DNA of 61,217 nt from Candidatus Woesearchaeota archaeon (GTDB lineage Archaea; Nanobdellota; Nanobdellia; Woesearchaeales; ARS49). A program made the translations under genes and the position numbers. Under the pieces are notes generated by a model, which had not been told where the DNA came from, searched no databases, and saw only the letters and a program-made list of their open reading frames with translations. The DNA lies in contig JAWABQ010000003.1 of the NCBI GenBank assembly GCA_038884575.1, positions 1 through 61,217 of the forward strand, read 5' to 3'. Positions 49,879-57,874 of this stretch are shown here, piece after piece (position 1 is the first letter of the stretch; the number at the start of each line of letters is the position of its first letter).

Positions 49879-50439
49879 CTACACCAGCACCCCTGTTGCC
49901 TGTGTTCCGCTGCACTGCCTAATGCAGCTCTGGTATGCGGTTGGCTGGTTTGCATATTTTTCCCTGCATTGTTCCTCGCATGTTGGAGTCTGGGGCGTTG
50001 TTGGCGTTCCTCCTGTATTGCACTCCTGCCTTATGCATGAGTTGTAAGCAGTTGGGTTGTTTGCATAGCGCTTCCAGCAGCTTCTTTCGCAGGGGGTGCT
50101 GTCATTGCACTCAACTTCTATGCATGTCTTTATGGCAGTTGGGCTGTTGGAATATCTTGTCCTGCAGTTTTCCTCGCAAGTGTTTGTTGTTGGAGGCCTT
50201 TCTGGCGGGCAGTATTCGCAGCATGCCGCATTAACAACAATTCCTCCGCCGCTTGTAAGCACTTTTCCGTCAGCGCCAATCACCTTGCCTCCCCAGCCCC
50301 AGTAGTGTGGGAACCAGAAAAGCAGCAAGAATATTATTATTGCCAAGCCGATGACAATCAGCAAAAGCAGAACATTTGTCCCAAACGTGGGCTGTCTCGG
50401 CGAGAACATGACCGCGCCAGGGCGTGTATCCTGAGCCAT
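49879..50439 (-). CDS. Shorter paralogue of the Cys-rich repeat protein (TM anchor, GGGIVVNAAC stalk, three CX3C-X13-CX3-4C units)
   Basis: The units are CEENCRTRYSNSPTAIKTCIEVEC, CERSCWKRYANNPTAYNSCIRQEC and CEEQCREKYANQPTAYQSCIRQC. GGAGGTG lies 7 nt upstream of the ATG. Confidence 0.65.
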   Translation of the reverse strand: MAQDTRPGAVMFSPRQPTFGTNVLLLLIVIGLAIIIFLLLFWFPHYWGWGGKVIGADGKVLTSGGGIVVNAACCEYCPPERPPTTNTCEENCRTRYSNSPTAIKTCIEVECNDSTPCERSCWKRYANNPTAYNSCIRQECNTGGTPTTPQTPTCEEQCREKYANQPTAYQSCIRQCSGTQATGVLV

Positions 50440-50474
50440 AAGAGCACCTCCTTTTTTTGCATTGTTTCTGCACG

Positions 50475-50497
50475 GGCACTATAAAAGGTTTAGTGCC
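50475..50497 (-). promoter_or_regulatory. Perfect 7-bp inverted repeat (GGCACTA N9 TAGTGCC) enclosing the TATA box of the Cys-repeat operon
   Basis: The sequence is gggcactataaaaggtttagtgcc. On the minus strand, ccttttatagt sits about 35-45 nt upstream of ATG 50439. Confidence 0.5.
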
Positions 50498-50554
50498 TAC
50501 TCTGGCGTGAAGATAATGAATAAAAAAAGAAAAAGCAAAAATTCTGGCTGCTGC

Positions 50555-50749
50555 TTATTTCTTCGAGACAAGATAGATTGTCCAGAGTCCTGCAAGGCCA
50601 ACCAGGTCATATACTATGTTTGCAACAGTCCCTGAGCCAAAGATGGCTGTCACAAGGTTAAGGTCGAAAAGGCCGACAAGGCCCCAGTTTATGGCACCGA
50701 TAATTACCAGCACCAGTGCAATCCAGTCCACAGCATTCTTTCCTGCCAT
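50555..50749 (-). CDS. DUF378-family small membrane protein
   Basis: VDWIALVLVIIGAINWGLVGLFDLNLVTAIFG matches the DUF378 signature (GxxNWGLVG). Confidence 0.7.
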   Translation of the reverse strand: MAGKNAVDWIALVLVIIGAINWGLVGLFDLNLVTAIFGSGTVANIVYDLVGLAGLWTIYLVSKK

Positions 50750-50836
50750 ATTAATACCACCTCAACACGTGTTCGTGCTGCTGGGTATATAAACTTTTTT
50801 CTTAATAACAGAGTGAATAATGGCTTTTGGGCAGCA

Positions 50837-51211
50837 TTATTTTTTCTTTTTCCGCCAGCAGGCAAGGAACAGGATTCCCACAAGGAATGCAGGGCCTGCA
50901 ATCTGCAATGACCACACAATCATGTACCATTCAAACTGGCCCCTAAGTGCGCTCACTGCCATCAGGGCAATATACAGCAGCCCTGCAAGGATGAACGCTA
51001 TGCCGCCCACAATTTCGTGCTTCCACGATATTATTACTACAGCCAGCAGGATGAGCGCAGGAATGTTGTGCATGAACAATGCGCCAAGCGTCTGCCAAAA
51101 GCCCAGCCCTGTGCCGAAGACATCCAGCGAAAACAATGCCAGGAATGCCACAAACAGCAGGCCAAGAATCCTTGGAGTCCAGTAAACAAACTTGCTGACC
51201 TTTTTTGCCAT
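50837..51211 (-). CDS. Four-helix integral membrane protein, function unknown
   Basis: A hydrophobic profile and a C-terminal KKKK. Confidence 0.5.
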   Translation of the reverse strand: MAKKVSKFVYWTPRILGLLFVAFLALFSLDVFGTGLGFWQTLGALFMHNIPALILLAVVIISWKHEIVGGIAFILAGLLYIALMAVSALRGQFEWYMIVWSLQIAGPAFLVGILFLACWRKKKK

Positions 51212-51250
51212 AAAACATCGGCAGAGAATGATTGTATTTAAAGTATTTGT

Positions 51251-51541
51251 TTAATCCACAGTAAACAATGTGTCATCGTGGTCTACGTCAAACAAGCCAA
51301 GCCTTGCGCCAGCGTCAAGCCATCCGTGGGCATAATTCAGGGCAGCAAATGCAGTGACAATGTCGCCTTTTTTCTCAAAATGCCTGGCATCTGAGAAGTA
51401 GCGCTGAGCCATGTCGAGGAAGTCTTCTGCTGCCTTTTTGCCGATTGTCTTCTCGGCAGCAACTATCTTGACTTTCTTCAAAGCCCTAGAAGTGACATCA
51501 AAATACTTTGCGAGCTTTTCAGGGGTGATTGTGCTGCTCAT
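51251..51541 (-). CDS. DUF357-like archaeal protein
   Basis: FAALNYAHGWLDAGARLGLFDV resembles the DUF357 signature. It has a 4-nt overlap with rpoK. Confidence 0.5.
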   Translation of the reverse strand: MSSTITPEKLAKYFDVTSRALKKVKIVAAEKTIGKKAAEDFLDMAQRYFSDARHFEKKGDIVTAFAALNYAHGWLDAGARLGLFDVDHDDTLFTVD

Positions 51542-51792
51542 CCAGCCTTTACTTCCTCTGCCTTTTTCTGGACGCGCTTTGCAGGCATTGGCCTCTTGAC
51601 TGTTATGGGCAAAACATCCTTTTCAAGCTCGAGCTTTGCAATCTCAATCGGGTTGTAGCCTATCTTCTCAAGTTCCTTTTCAGAAAGGGAAACAAGGAAT
51701 GGGGCGCCCATTGAAATCTGCAGTGCCCTTGAGCCTATCATCCTTGCAATCTCGTACTTTGTGTGCTTCTGGGTTTCTTCTGCTTTTGCCAT
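51538..51792 (-). CDS. rpoK: DNA-directed RNA polymerase subunit K (Rpo6/RpoK)
   Basis: TKYEIARMIGSRALQISMGAP and VLPITVKRPMP are present. The start is taken at MAKAEE (51792), 5 nt after the rrp42 stop; the listed 51909 start would overlap rrp42. Confidence 0.85.
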   Translation of the reverse strand: MAKAEETQKHTKYEIARMIGSRALQISMGAPFLVSLSEKELEKIGYNPIEIAKLELEKDVLPITVKRPMPAKRVQKKAEEVKAG

Positions 51793-51797
51793 TGGGA

Positions 51798-52565
51798 TCA
51801 CCTTTGGAGCTTTTTGCGAAGCTCCTTTGATTTCTCGTGCGCAAGGTCTATCATTGCGCCAATCTCTTCTGCAGTCAGGGGGGTTTCCCCGCCTTTCTGC
51901 ATTGCGCAAAGCATGTCCTTGTCGTTGAATGCCACAGTGAGCCGCGCATCTGCCTCTGCCTCTTCTTCAGGCAGCGGGTCAACCAGCAAATGCTCGCCTA
52001 TCTTGAGCACTGTCACCTCGACCGGCGTCTGCAGCAGGGGCAGGCTCTTGCCTGTCTTTTTTGAGTAGTCAACAACGCCTTCCTTGTCAATCTCAGGGAA
52101 GACAGCATCCTTAAGCGCGGCAATGGCTGCAAGCGCAGCAGCGTCAAGCAGGTTTCCTGCATCGTTTATTGTGCAGATGTCTATCATGACGCTCCAGACC
52201 TTTTCCTTTTCCTGGATGCAGAGCTTTGTCAGGTCAATTGTCTTGGTCTCCCTGATTCCGCGGTCAACAACCCTTGCGATCTCTGTTGCCTGGTCGCCTG
52301 GCGGCCCTGTCTCGAACAGCGGGCTGCTCATGGGCGTGAGTTCTGCGTTTACCATGAGGTTGCCCTGCGCAGGCGTGTCAGGATAAGGGGTTTCAACGCC
52401 GAGCTTGACCCCTGCGAGCACCTCTGTCTCGCCGATTTTCACGCGGGCGCTTCCCTCTGCCATGTGCGAGACTCCGTACTCAACACTGACCTGCCTGAAC
52501 TCGTCCAATTTCCTGCCGTCATAGCGCAGTCCTTTTGCGATGTATTTTAGAATGTGCTCCTTCAT
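51798..52565 (-). CDS. rrp42: Exosome complex component Rrp42 (RNase PH-like, non-catalytic)
   Basis: RYDGRKLDEFRQVSVEYGV and the RNase PH domain 1/2 pattern are present. It sits after rrp41. Confidence 0.88.
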   Translation of the reverse strand: MKEHILKYIAKGLRYDGRKLDEFRQVSVEYGVSHMAEGSARVKIGETEVLAGVKLGVETPYPDTPAQGNLMVNAELTPMSSPLFETGPPGDQATEIARVVDRGIRETKTIDLTKLCIQEKEKVWSVMIDICTINDAGNLLDAAALAAIAALKDAVFPEIDKEGVVDYSKKTGKSLPLLQTPVEVTVLKIGEHLLVDPLPEEEAEADARLTVAFNDKDMLCAMQKGGETPLTAEEIGAMIDLAHEKSKELRKKLQR

Positions 52566-53302
52566 TGTTTCACCTTCTTGTGGCTCTCAGCCGAAAACTT
52601 TGCCTTGAGAGCCTGCTGCTGTACTTTGTAAATCTCCATCGCCTTCTTTTTGGCGAGCTCAAGGACCTTTTTCAGGTCTTCCTTTGGCACTTCGCCGTCA
52701 AGCTGCAGCAGGGAGAACTTGTCCATTGTCGGGATGTATGCGACCGGGATGTCTGAAATCCCGATTTCGCAGTCCTCGTAGCCGTCAATGTCAGCCATTA
52801 TCTGGCCGTCGTAGTGTCCCATTGACAGTGCAACAACAAGATCCTTCATCTGCAGCCCTGCGTCTGCCAGGGCCATTGATGCTGCTGTTATTGCAGCGCA
52901 CCTTGTCCCTGCATCTGTCTCCGGAAGCTCTATGAAAACATCAACAACAGCATTGGGGTATTCCTTGAGGTCAAGCACAGGCATCAGCGCCTTTGAGATC
53001 AGCATGCTGATTTCCTGGCTTCTCCTTCCGCCCCCCGGCCTGACTCTTTCGCCGTGGCCTGAGAAGGGCATCATGTTGTAGCGGCACCTCAGGATTCCTG
53101 TTCCGGGGTTCTGCATGAATTTTGGATGCAGCTCCCTTGGCCCGTAAACAGCCGCGTAAGCGACTGTGTGGCCGATCCTGAACATTGCGCTTCCGTCAGC
53201 CCTTGGGATTATGCCGACCTTTGCATCCAGCTCCCTGAGGTCCTCCCATGCGCGGCCGTCGTGGCGCTTGGGGTATGCCTGCTTTACTGCCTTTGCTGCC
53301 AT
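52562..53302 (-). CDS. rrp41: Exosome complex exonuclease Rrp41 (RNase PH)
   Basis: RHDGRAWEDLRELDAKVGII ... GSAMFRIGHTVAYAAVYGPRE ... GGGRRSQEI is present. The start is taken at MAAKAV (53302), 1 nt after the rrp4 stop. Confidence 0.9.
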   Translation of the reverse strand: MAAKAVKQAYPKRHDGRAWEDLRELDAKVGIIPRADGSAMFRIGHTVAYAAVYGPRELHPKFMQNPGTGILRCRYNMMPFSGHGERVRPGGGRRSQEISMLISKALMPVLDLKEYPNAVVDVFIELPETDAGTRCAAITAASMALADAGLQMKDLVVALSMGHYDGQIMADIDGYEDCEIGISDIPVAYIPTMDKFSLLQLDGEVPKEDLKKVLELAKKKAMEIYKVQQQALKAKFSAESHKKVKQ

Positions 53303-53303
53303 T

Positions 53304-54149
53304 TTAACCAGTCCTCCTTGGGCCGACAAACCGTCTTGGTCCGTGCCTTGCGTGCGGCCTTGGGCCTCCAAAGCTCCTGCGCTCGCGGTATTCCTCCCTC
53401 GGGGGCTCGTGGGTCTCTGCTGGCTCAGGAACTCCGGCAGGGATTTCAACCGGTTTTCCGGTGAGCTCCTCCAAGTATGCCTTGATGCGCTCTGTCAGGC
53501 CGGGCAAATGGGCTTCCTCCTCGACTTTCTTTATTGCCTGCACTGCCTGTATTTCCTGCTCAGGGGTCTGCCCCTCGACCCATATCCAGCCGTTCTGCCC
53601 GACTGCAATGTTGCATCCTGTGGCGTTCTTTATCATGAGGACCATGCTTCCGTCCTTTCCTATCACCCTTGGCACCTTGTGCGGGTTGACCTCTACAAGC
53701 CGCCCCTCCTTGAGCTTCCTGAGCCCTGGCGCCTTCATTGTCACGTCGATAAGCTTCTGGCTTGTGACGTTTATGACCTTGCACAGTATGTAGTCGCCAA
53801 GTGCGTAATACTGCGTCAGGTCTGCTGTCCTTGGGATGAACTCGCTTGTTGCATCCTTCAGTCCAAGAACTGCGCTGTAGGGGCTGCGAGTGTCAATGCG
53901 CCAGCCTGTCATCAGCACATCAATTATCTTGCCAATGACCTTGTCGTTGAGCTTTGGCACGTATGCTCCTGTCAGTGGTATCAGCTTGATGACCTTTCCC
54001 TCTATCCCTATCATTCCCAGGCGGGCTGCAAATATTTTCGCGCCCTCCCTGTAAAGGCCCTTGCTCGGCAAAAATCCCATGCCTTCTGCAACGACCTCCC
54101 CTGGAACGACGATATCGCGTTCCTTTACGTTTAATGTTTCATCACTCAT
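53304..54149 (-). CDS. rrp4: Exosome RNA-binding subunit Rrp4 (N-terminal, S1 and KH domains) with an R/G/P-rich tail
   Basis: It has an S1 region (VIGKIIDVLMTGWRIDTRSPY) and a KH region (KVPRVIGKDGSMVLMIKNATGCNIAVGQNGWIWV). The tail is REEYRERRSFGGPRPHARHGPRRFVGPRRTG. Confidence 0.9.
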   Translation of the reverse strand: MSDETLNVKERDIVVPGEVVAEGMGFLPSKGLYREGAKIFAARLGMIGIEGKVIKLIPLTGAYVPKLNDKVIGKIIDVLMTGWRIDTRSPYSAVLGLKDATSEFIPRTADLTQYYALGDYILCKVINVTSQKLIDVTMKAPGLRKLKEGRLVEVNPHKVPRVIGKDGSMVLMIKNATGCNIAVGQNGWIWVEGQTPEQEIQAVQAIKKVEEEAHLPGLTERIKAYLEELTGKPVEIPAGVPEPAETHEPPREEYRERRSFGGPRPHARHGPRRFVGPRRTG

Positions 54150-54170
54150 ATTTGATTCACTCCGTGTTTT

Positions 54171-54869
54171 TTATCCGTTTACCTTGATTACTTTTGAGAC
54201 AAGCTCCCCGTGCGTCAGCGCGTTCAGCTTGTCATAAAGCTCCTGTTCCATTCCCCCAGGCACCTCTATCGTGCCCTTCCAGGAGCCGTCATTCTGCCAT
54301 TCCTCCTTGAGTATTTTTCCGAAGGACTTCAGCGCGTTGTGCGCCTTTGAGGAATACTGCGCAGGAATTACCAGCTCTATTTCCTTGGTCTCGAATTTTA
54401 TCGGCAGGATGGGGCGCAGCGCCTTGAGCACGTCCTGCACCTGCTGTTCTGCAGGCTTGAACTCGTCAATGCGCACCTTTGCCTCGCCCATTGCAGCCTC
54501 AATCCTTTGCGCAGGATGCGGGGCGTGCGTCCTTGGGTCCACGCCGTTGCGCCTGATAAACTCAACCACCTGGCGCCTTTTTTGCTCAAGCAGCTTCTGC
54601 CTGTATTCTGCAGTCACCTGTATGTTGCCGTCTGCAATTATTTTCTTCGCGACCTCAAGGGCGTCAGAAGTTCCGAACACCGCCTGCATCCTCTGCTCTG
54701 ACGCAAGCATCCCTTTTTTAGCGTCGCTGAAAACCTTTTGCACGCGCAATGCGTCCCTTATGTCCGCCTTGCCGTGCCTTGCTGCTATCGCAATTTCCGG
54801 CTCAATGACTATCTCGAATACATCTGAGCCTTTTTTCAGCCGGGCTGTGTTAATGTGTTCTTCTGTCAT
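54171..54869 (-). CDS. SBDS/Sdo1 ribosome maturation protein
   Basis: ARLKKGSDVFEIVIEPE ... ALRVQKVFSDAKKG has the FYSH-domain pattern. It occupies the conserved position between psmA and rrp4. Confidence 0.85.
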   Translation of the reverse strand: MTEEHINTARLKKGSDVFEIVIEPEIAIAARHGKADIRDALRVQKVFSDAKKGMLASEQRMQAVFGTSDALEVAKKIIADGNIQVTAEYRQKLLEQKRRQVVEFIRRNGVDPRTHAPHPAQRIEAAMGEAKVRIDEFKPAEQQVQDVLKALRPILPIKFETKEIELVIPAQYSSKAHNALKSFGKILKEEWQNDGSWKGTIEVPGGMEQELYDKLNALTHGELVSKVIKVNG

Positions 54870-54873
54870 AACC

Positions 54874-55632
54874 TTACTTCTTCTTTATGTCCTTGAGCAC
54901 CCGGTCAATGTTCTGCCGCGAGACTTCCTTGAACTGCTTTTCGTCAGTCCTGATGTATGCCGCTGCAATCCTCTCCAGTGAGAAATTCTTGTCCAGCACT
55001 TGGTTGAGCGCGCGAAGGGCAAGCTTCAGGCCCTCCTCTATTGTGAGGGTGTCCTTGTACTCCCTGTTGAGTATTTCCTCTATTTCCTGCTCGCCCTCTC
55101 CTATCACGGTTGCCTTGAACTGGAAGAATATCCCTGTCGGGTCTGTTTCGTAGACTTTTGGGCCGTCAGAGTCAATGCCTGCCACGATGAGGCTTACCCC
55201 AAATGGCCTCAGTCCCCCTGACTGGGTGCACACCTGCTTTAGTGCGCAGATGTCTTTGACTATGCTTATTGTGTCTATGGGAGTGTCATAAGTTACAGAG
55301 TGCTGCTGCGCCCTTATTTGAGCCCTTTCGACAAGCACCCTTGCGTCTGAAATTATCCCTGATGCAGTTGTTGCAATGTGGTCGTCAATCTTGAAAATCT
55401 TCTCGACAGACTCCGGAATGACGAGCTTGTCCACAATGCGCTTGTCTGCCACAAGCAGCACGCCGTCTGAGCAGACCAGCCCTATTGCAGTGCTGCCCTG
55501 CCTGACTGTCTTCTTTGCGTATTCAACCTGCAGTAGCCTTCCGTCAGGGCTGAACATCGTGATAGCCCTGTCATACCCCATAAGCTGGTGGGGCATTGGC
55601 TGGCCGCCTGCCTCTTCTTCTCCTTTCTTCAT
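54874..55632 (-). CDS. psmA: Proteasome subunit alpha
   Basis: GYDRAITMFSPDGRLLQVEYA is present. The true start may be ATG 55596 (MPHQLMGYDR). Confidence 0.93.
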   Translation of the reverse strand: MKKGEEEAGGQPMPHQLMGYDRAITMFSPDGRLLQVEYAKKTVRQGSTAIGLVCSDGVLLVADKRIVDKLVIPESVEKIFKIDDHIATTASGIISDARVLVERAQIRAQQHSVTYDTPIDTISIVKDICALKQVCTQSGGLRPFGVSLIVAGIDSDGPKVYETDPTGIFFQFKATVIGEGEQEIEEILNREYKDTLTIEEGLKLALRALNQVLDKNFSLERIAAAYIRTDEKQFKEVSRQNIDRVLKDIKKK

Positions 55633-55639
55633 TTTATCA

Positions 55640-55993
55640 TCACCCTGCAGTGTATGTTGTTGCTTTTTTGAGCGAGCCTGAAACCCCTATGCTTCGCACA
55701 ATTGCAGGAACTCCTTCGATTTCCTGTATTGTTGCAAGCCCTGCCTTCAGGCTGTCAACATGCTTGTTGTTAACGCGAATAATCCCTTTTTGTGTTTCAG
55801 CATTGTACTTCTCTGGAAGAAGCCAGATTCCTGCCTGGGCAGCACCCCTTGTGCCATTGAAGGAGAGCATTCCTTGCCACACTGCCTTTGAAACGCCTGA
55901 AAAGCCCTTAATTCGGCTTTTTGACAGCACTTCAAAGGCTAAATAGCGCTTTTTCTCTCTCAAACTCGGCAGAATTGCCTTAATCTTTGCCAT
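55640..55993 (-). CDS. RNase P protein component 2 (Pop5/Rnp2)
   Basis: LPSLREKKRYLAFEV ... GIIRVNNKHVDSLKAGLATIQEI has the Pop5 pattern. It is the first gene of the conserved superoperon. Confidence 0.8.
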   Translation of the reverse strand: MAKIKAILPSLREKKRYLAFEVLSKSRIKGFSGVSKAVWQGMLSFNGTRGAAQAGIWLLPEKYNAETQKGIIRVNNKHVDSLKAGLATIQEIEGVPAIVRSIGVSGSLKKATTYTAG

Positions 55994-56141
55994 TTGGCCT
56001 CTTCACCTGTATAACACCGTTCATTGGTGAGAAAAACATCAAAACAATTTTTTCGTCCCTTTTCTCACTCTCGATCCAGCAAGGTGGAAGATGCTTATAT
56101 AGGTTGCGGTTTATTGTGATGACCACTATCAGGTAGCAAAC

Positions 56142-56149
56142 TTTATATA
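56142..56149 (+). promoter_or_regulatory. TATA box of the receiver-domain gene (leaderless arrangement)
   Basis: tttatata is centred 26 nt upstream of ATG 56171. Confidence 0.55.
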
Positions 56150-56170
56150 GGCTTGTCTGGTATTCATTCT

Positions 56171-56575
56171 ATGGCTGAAAAAAAGATGTATGTTGTTGCA
56201 GCTGATGATGACCCAATGGTAAGGCGGCTTTTGGAATATTGCTGCAACCAGGCAGGATATTCTAATGGAGTCTCTGTTGTGATGGGCTCATTCTGCAATG
56301 GCCAAAAGGCATGGAACTACATCAAGCTTCTTGCAACACAGCCACATCTTTTGATAACAGACCTTAACATGCCTGAAATGCGCGGAGATGACCTGATAAG
56401 GCTGTCTCGCAAGCAATTCCCAGACCTGCCTGTCATAATGATATCTGCTGTTGAACCCGGCTTAACAGAAAGCGCCAAGGACCTTGCTGATTTGCTGAAA
56501 GTTGAATTTGTTGAAAAGCCGCTCAAGGCTTTTTCGTTTATTGAGGCTGTGGCAAAGTATGCCCCAAAAGAATGA
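56171..56575 (+). CDS. Stand-alone response-regulator receiver (CheY-like REC) protein
   Basis: It has the acidic pocket VVAADDD, the phospho-acceptor context LLITDLNMPEMRGDDL, VIMISAV (Ser/Thr position) and FVEKPL (Lys). Confidence 0.8.
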   Translation: MAEKKMYVVAADDDPMVRRLLEYCCNQAGYSNGVSVVMGSFCNGQKAWNYIKLLATQPHLLITDLNMPEMRGDDLIRLSRKQFPDLPVIMISAVEPGLTESAKDLADLLKVEFVEKPLKAFSFIEAVAKYAPKE

Positions 56576-56961
56576 GTTTTATAAATACAGGCGATATTCC
56601 TGAATTTATGGGTGAAGACAGGCAGGTATGGCTTGTTGGTTTTGAAGAGATTGAAAACAAGATACACTCTGTGCTGTCGCAGATGCCCGGCATCAGCATT
56701 GTCAGTTTTAGGGATGTCTGCGATGCAATCGAGGCATTGCGGAATGGCAGCCAGAAGCCAGGGATTATTATCGGCAATTATTCAGCTGCTGACCTGATGC
56801 TTGAGGTGGCGCACCAGAAATCAAGATATTGCGGGGTAAGGACCGCATATCTTTCTGAAATGGACATTTCCAATCTTGCAGAATCACACGGCGCAAAATA
56901 TTTGAAGCTTGGCAGCGACGGGAAAATTGACGGCCTTTCCTGCCTCATACAGGGCTGTTGA
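56572..56961 (+). CDS. REC-like pseudo-receiver (acidic pocket and acceptor Asp not conserved)
   Basis: It has an ATGA overlap with the REC gene. VWLVGFEE stands in place of the DD pair and GIIIGNYS stands where the acceptor Asp is expected. This is a by-eye fold assignment. Confidence 0.4.
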   Translation: MSFINTGDIPEFMGEDRQVWLVGFEEIENKIHSVLSQMPGISIVSFRDVCDAIEALRNGSQKPGIIIGNYSAADLMLEVAHQKSRYCGVRTAYLSEMDISNLAESHGAKYLKLGSDGKIDGLSCLIQGC

Positions 56962-57016
56962 AGTGATTTCTTTTCCAAAACCTTTTTAACCATGTTGGTG
57001 ATTTCACGAGAATATT

Positions 57017-57090
57017 GGGCCCTTAGCTCAGCCTGGTAGAGCATTCGGCTCTTAACCGAATGGTCAAGGGTTCAAATCCCTTAGGGCCCG
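57017..57090 (+). tRNA. tRNA-Lys (anticodon CTT)
   Basis: The acceptor stem is GGGCCCT/AGGGCCC with discriminator G. The D arm is GCTC-AGCCTGGTA-GAGC, the anticodon arm is TTCGG-CTCTTAA-CCGAA, and the T arm is AAGGG-TTCAAAT-CCCTT. Confidence 0.92.
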
Positions 57091-57093
57091 TCC

Positions 57094-57831
57094 ATGGAAA
57101 AAAGAGTTATTATGATTGCCTTTGCACTGCTGTTTCTTGCGGCCTGTGTTGCAAAGCCAGAGCCTTATGTCCTTGAGGATAGAAAGCCTGCGCCAAACAT
57201 CACGCAGGAAATAGCACAAATTGAAGAACAGGCAAGAGCACAAGTGCAGGAAAAACTTGCTGAACAGGAAGCGCAAAAAAAACAGGAAGCACAGCAGGAT
57301 CAAGAGGAGCAAAAGCCGGTAGAAGAATCAAAAACTAGAATCATAATACAGCAGGAAATGGACAAGTCATCAAAAGACCTTGGGATTTATCCCTCATTCT
57401 TTATGGACGGCGCAAATTTCAAGACAAACTTTATCACAATCATTGGCGATGAAGCGCCATCAAGCTATGTCGTGGCTGTTTCAAACCTTATGGCGCGAAC
57501 GCCGGGAAACAAACCAATAGGATTCAGCATGCTTGCAAGCGAGATAAAAGACCTATCAAGATACAATGCGATTATTGTCGGAAATGCCTGCAACAACGAG
57601 GTTGTTGCCCGCCTGCTGAACAACCCCTCGCCATGCGAGTCAGCGCCTTTGCCTCATAACAAGGGGCTTATCAGGCTTTACGAGTCACAGAACGGTAACA
57701 AGGCAATACTTGTCGCGGGAAAAACAGACTCTCTTGTGATAGCTGCAGTGAATGTCCTTGGCACTGAGGAATTCAAGGGCGCAGCAGGCAGCGAGGTGTG
57801 CGTACAGGGAACTTCTATCGTGCAGTGCTGA
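57094..57831 (+). CDS. Lipoprotein with a Q/E-rich linker and a C-terminal region resembling archaeal S-layer-protein domains
   Basis: MEKRVIMIAFALLFLAAC is a lipobox. NAIIVGNACNNEVVARLL and NKAILVAGKTDSLVIAAVNVL resemble S-layer domain strings (lvlVGGPcaN ... vlvVAG). The ATG lies only 3 nt after the tRNA-Lys 3' end. Confidence 0.5.
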   Translation: MEKRVIMIAFALLFLAACVAKPEPYVLEDRKPAPNITQEIAQIEEQARAQVQEKLAEQEAQKKQEAQQDQEEQKPVEESKTRIIIQQEMDKSSKDLGIYPSFFMDGANFKTNFITIIGDEAPSSYVVAVSNLMARTPGNKPIGFSMLASEIKDLSRYNAIIVGNACNNEVVARLLNNPSPCESAPLPHNKGLIRLYESQNGNKAILVAGKTDSLVIAAVNVLGTEEFKGAAGSEVCVQGTSIVQC

Positions 57832-57874
57832 GAATTCCGAAAGGTTTATTTCCTGTTCTGATTCCATCACAAAC

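Noticed and set aside
53166-54134. A 322-aa plus-strand ORF, with many other long antisense ORFs. Examples are 8438-9148, 54271-54981, 20889-21614, 25432-25917, 5497-6051, 1432-1866, 38979-39476 and 47666-48133.
   Set aside because: Each lies opposite a gene with strong family motifs (rrp4/rrp41, deoA, SBDS, the DEAD helicase and others). Their translations are Cys/Ser/Leu-rich or low-complexity with no motifs. They are shadow ORFs of the opposite-strand coding frame.
56027-56070. The inverted repeat ggtgagaaaa ... ttttctcac in the Pop5/REC intergenic region.
   Set aside because: It is a 9-bp A/T-rich stem with a roughly 25-nt loop, and it is not positioned after any gene end. It is too weak to call as a terminator or operator without conservation data.
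56116-56177. A possible C/D-box sRNA (GTGATGA at 56116, CTGA at 56174) in the Pop5/REC divergent gap.
   Set aside because: The D-box candidate lies inside the REC coding sequence. No internal C'/D' boxes or terminal stem are present, and the REC TATA box sits in the middle.
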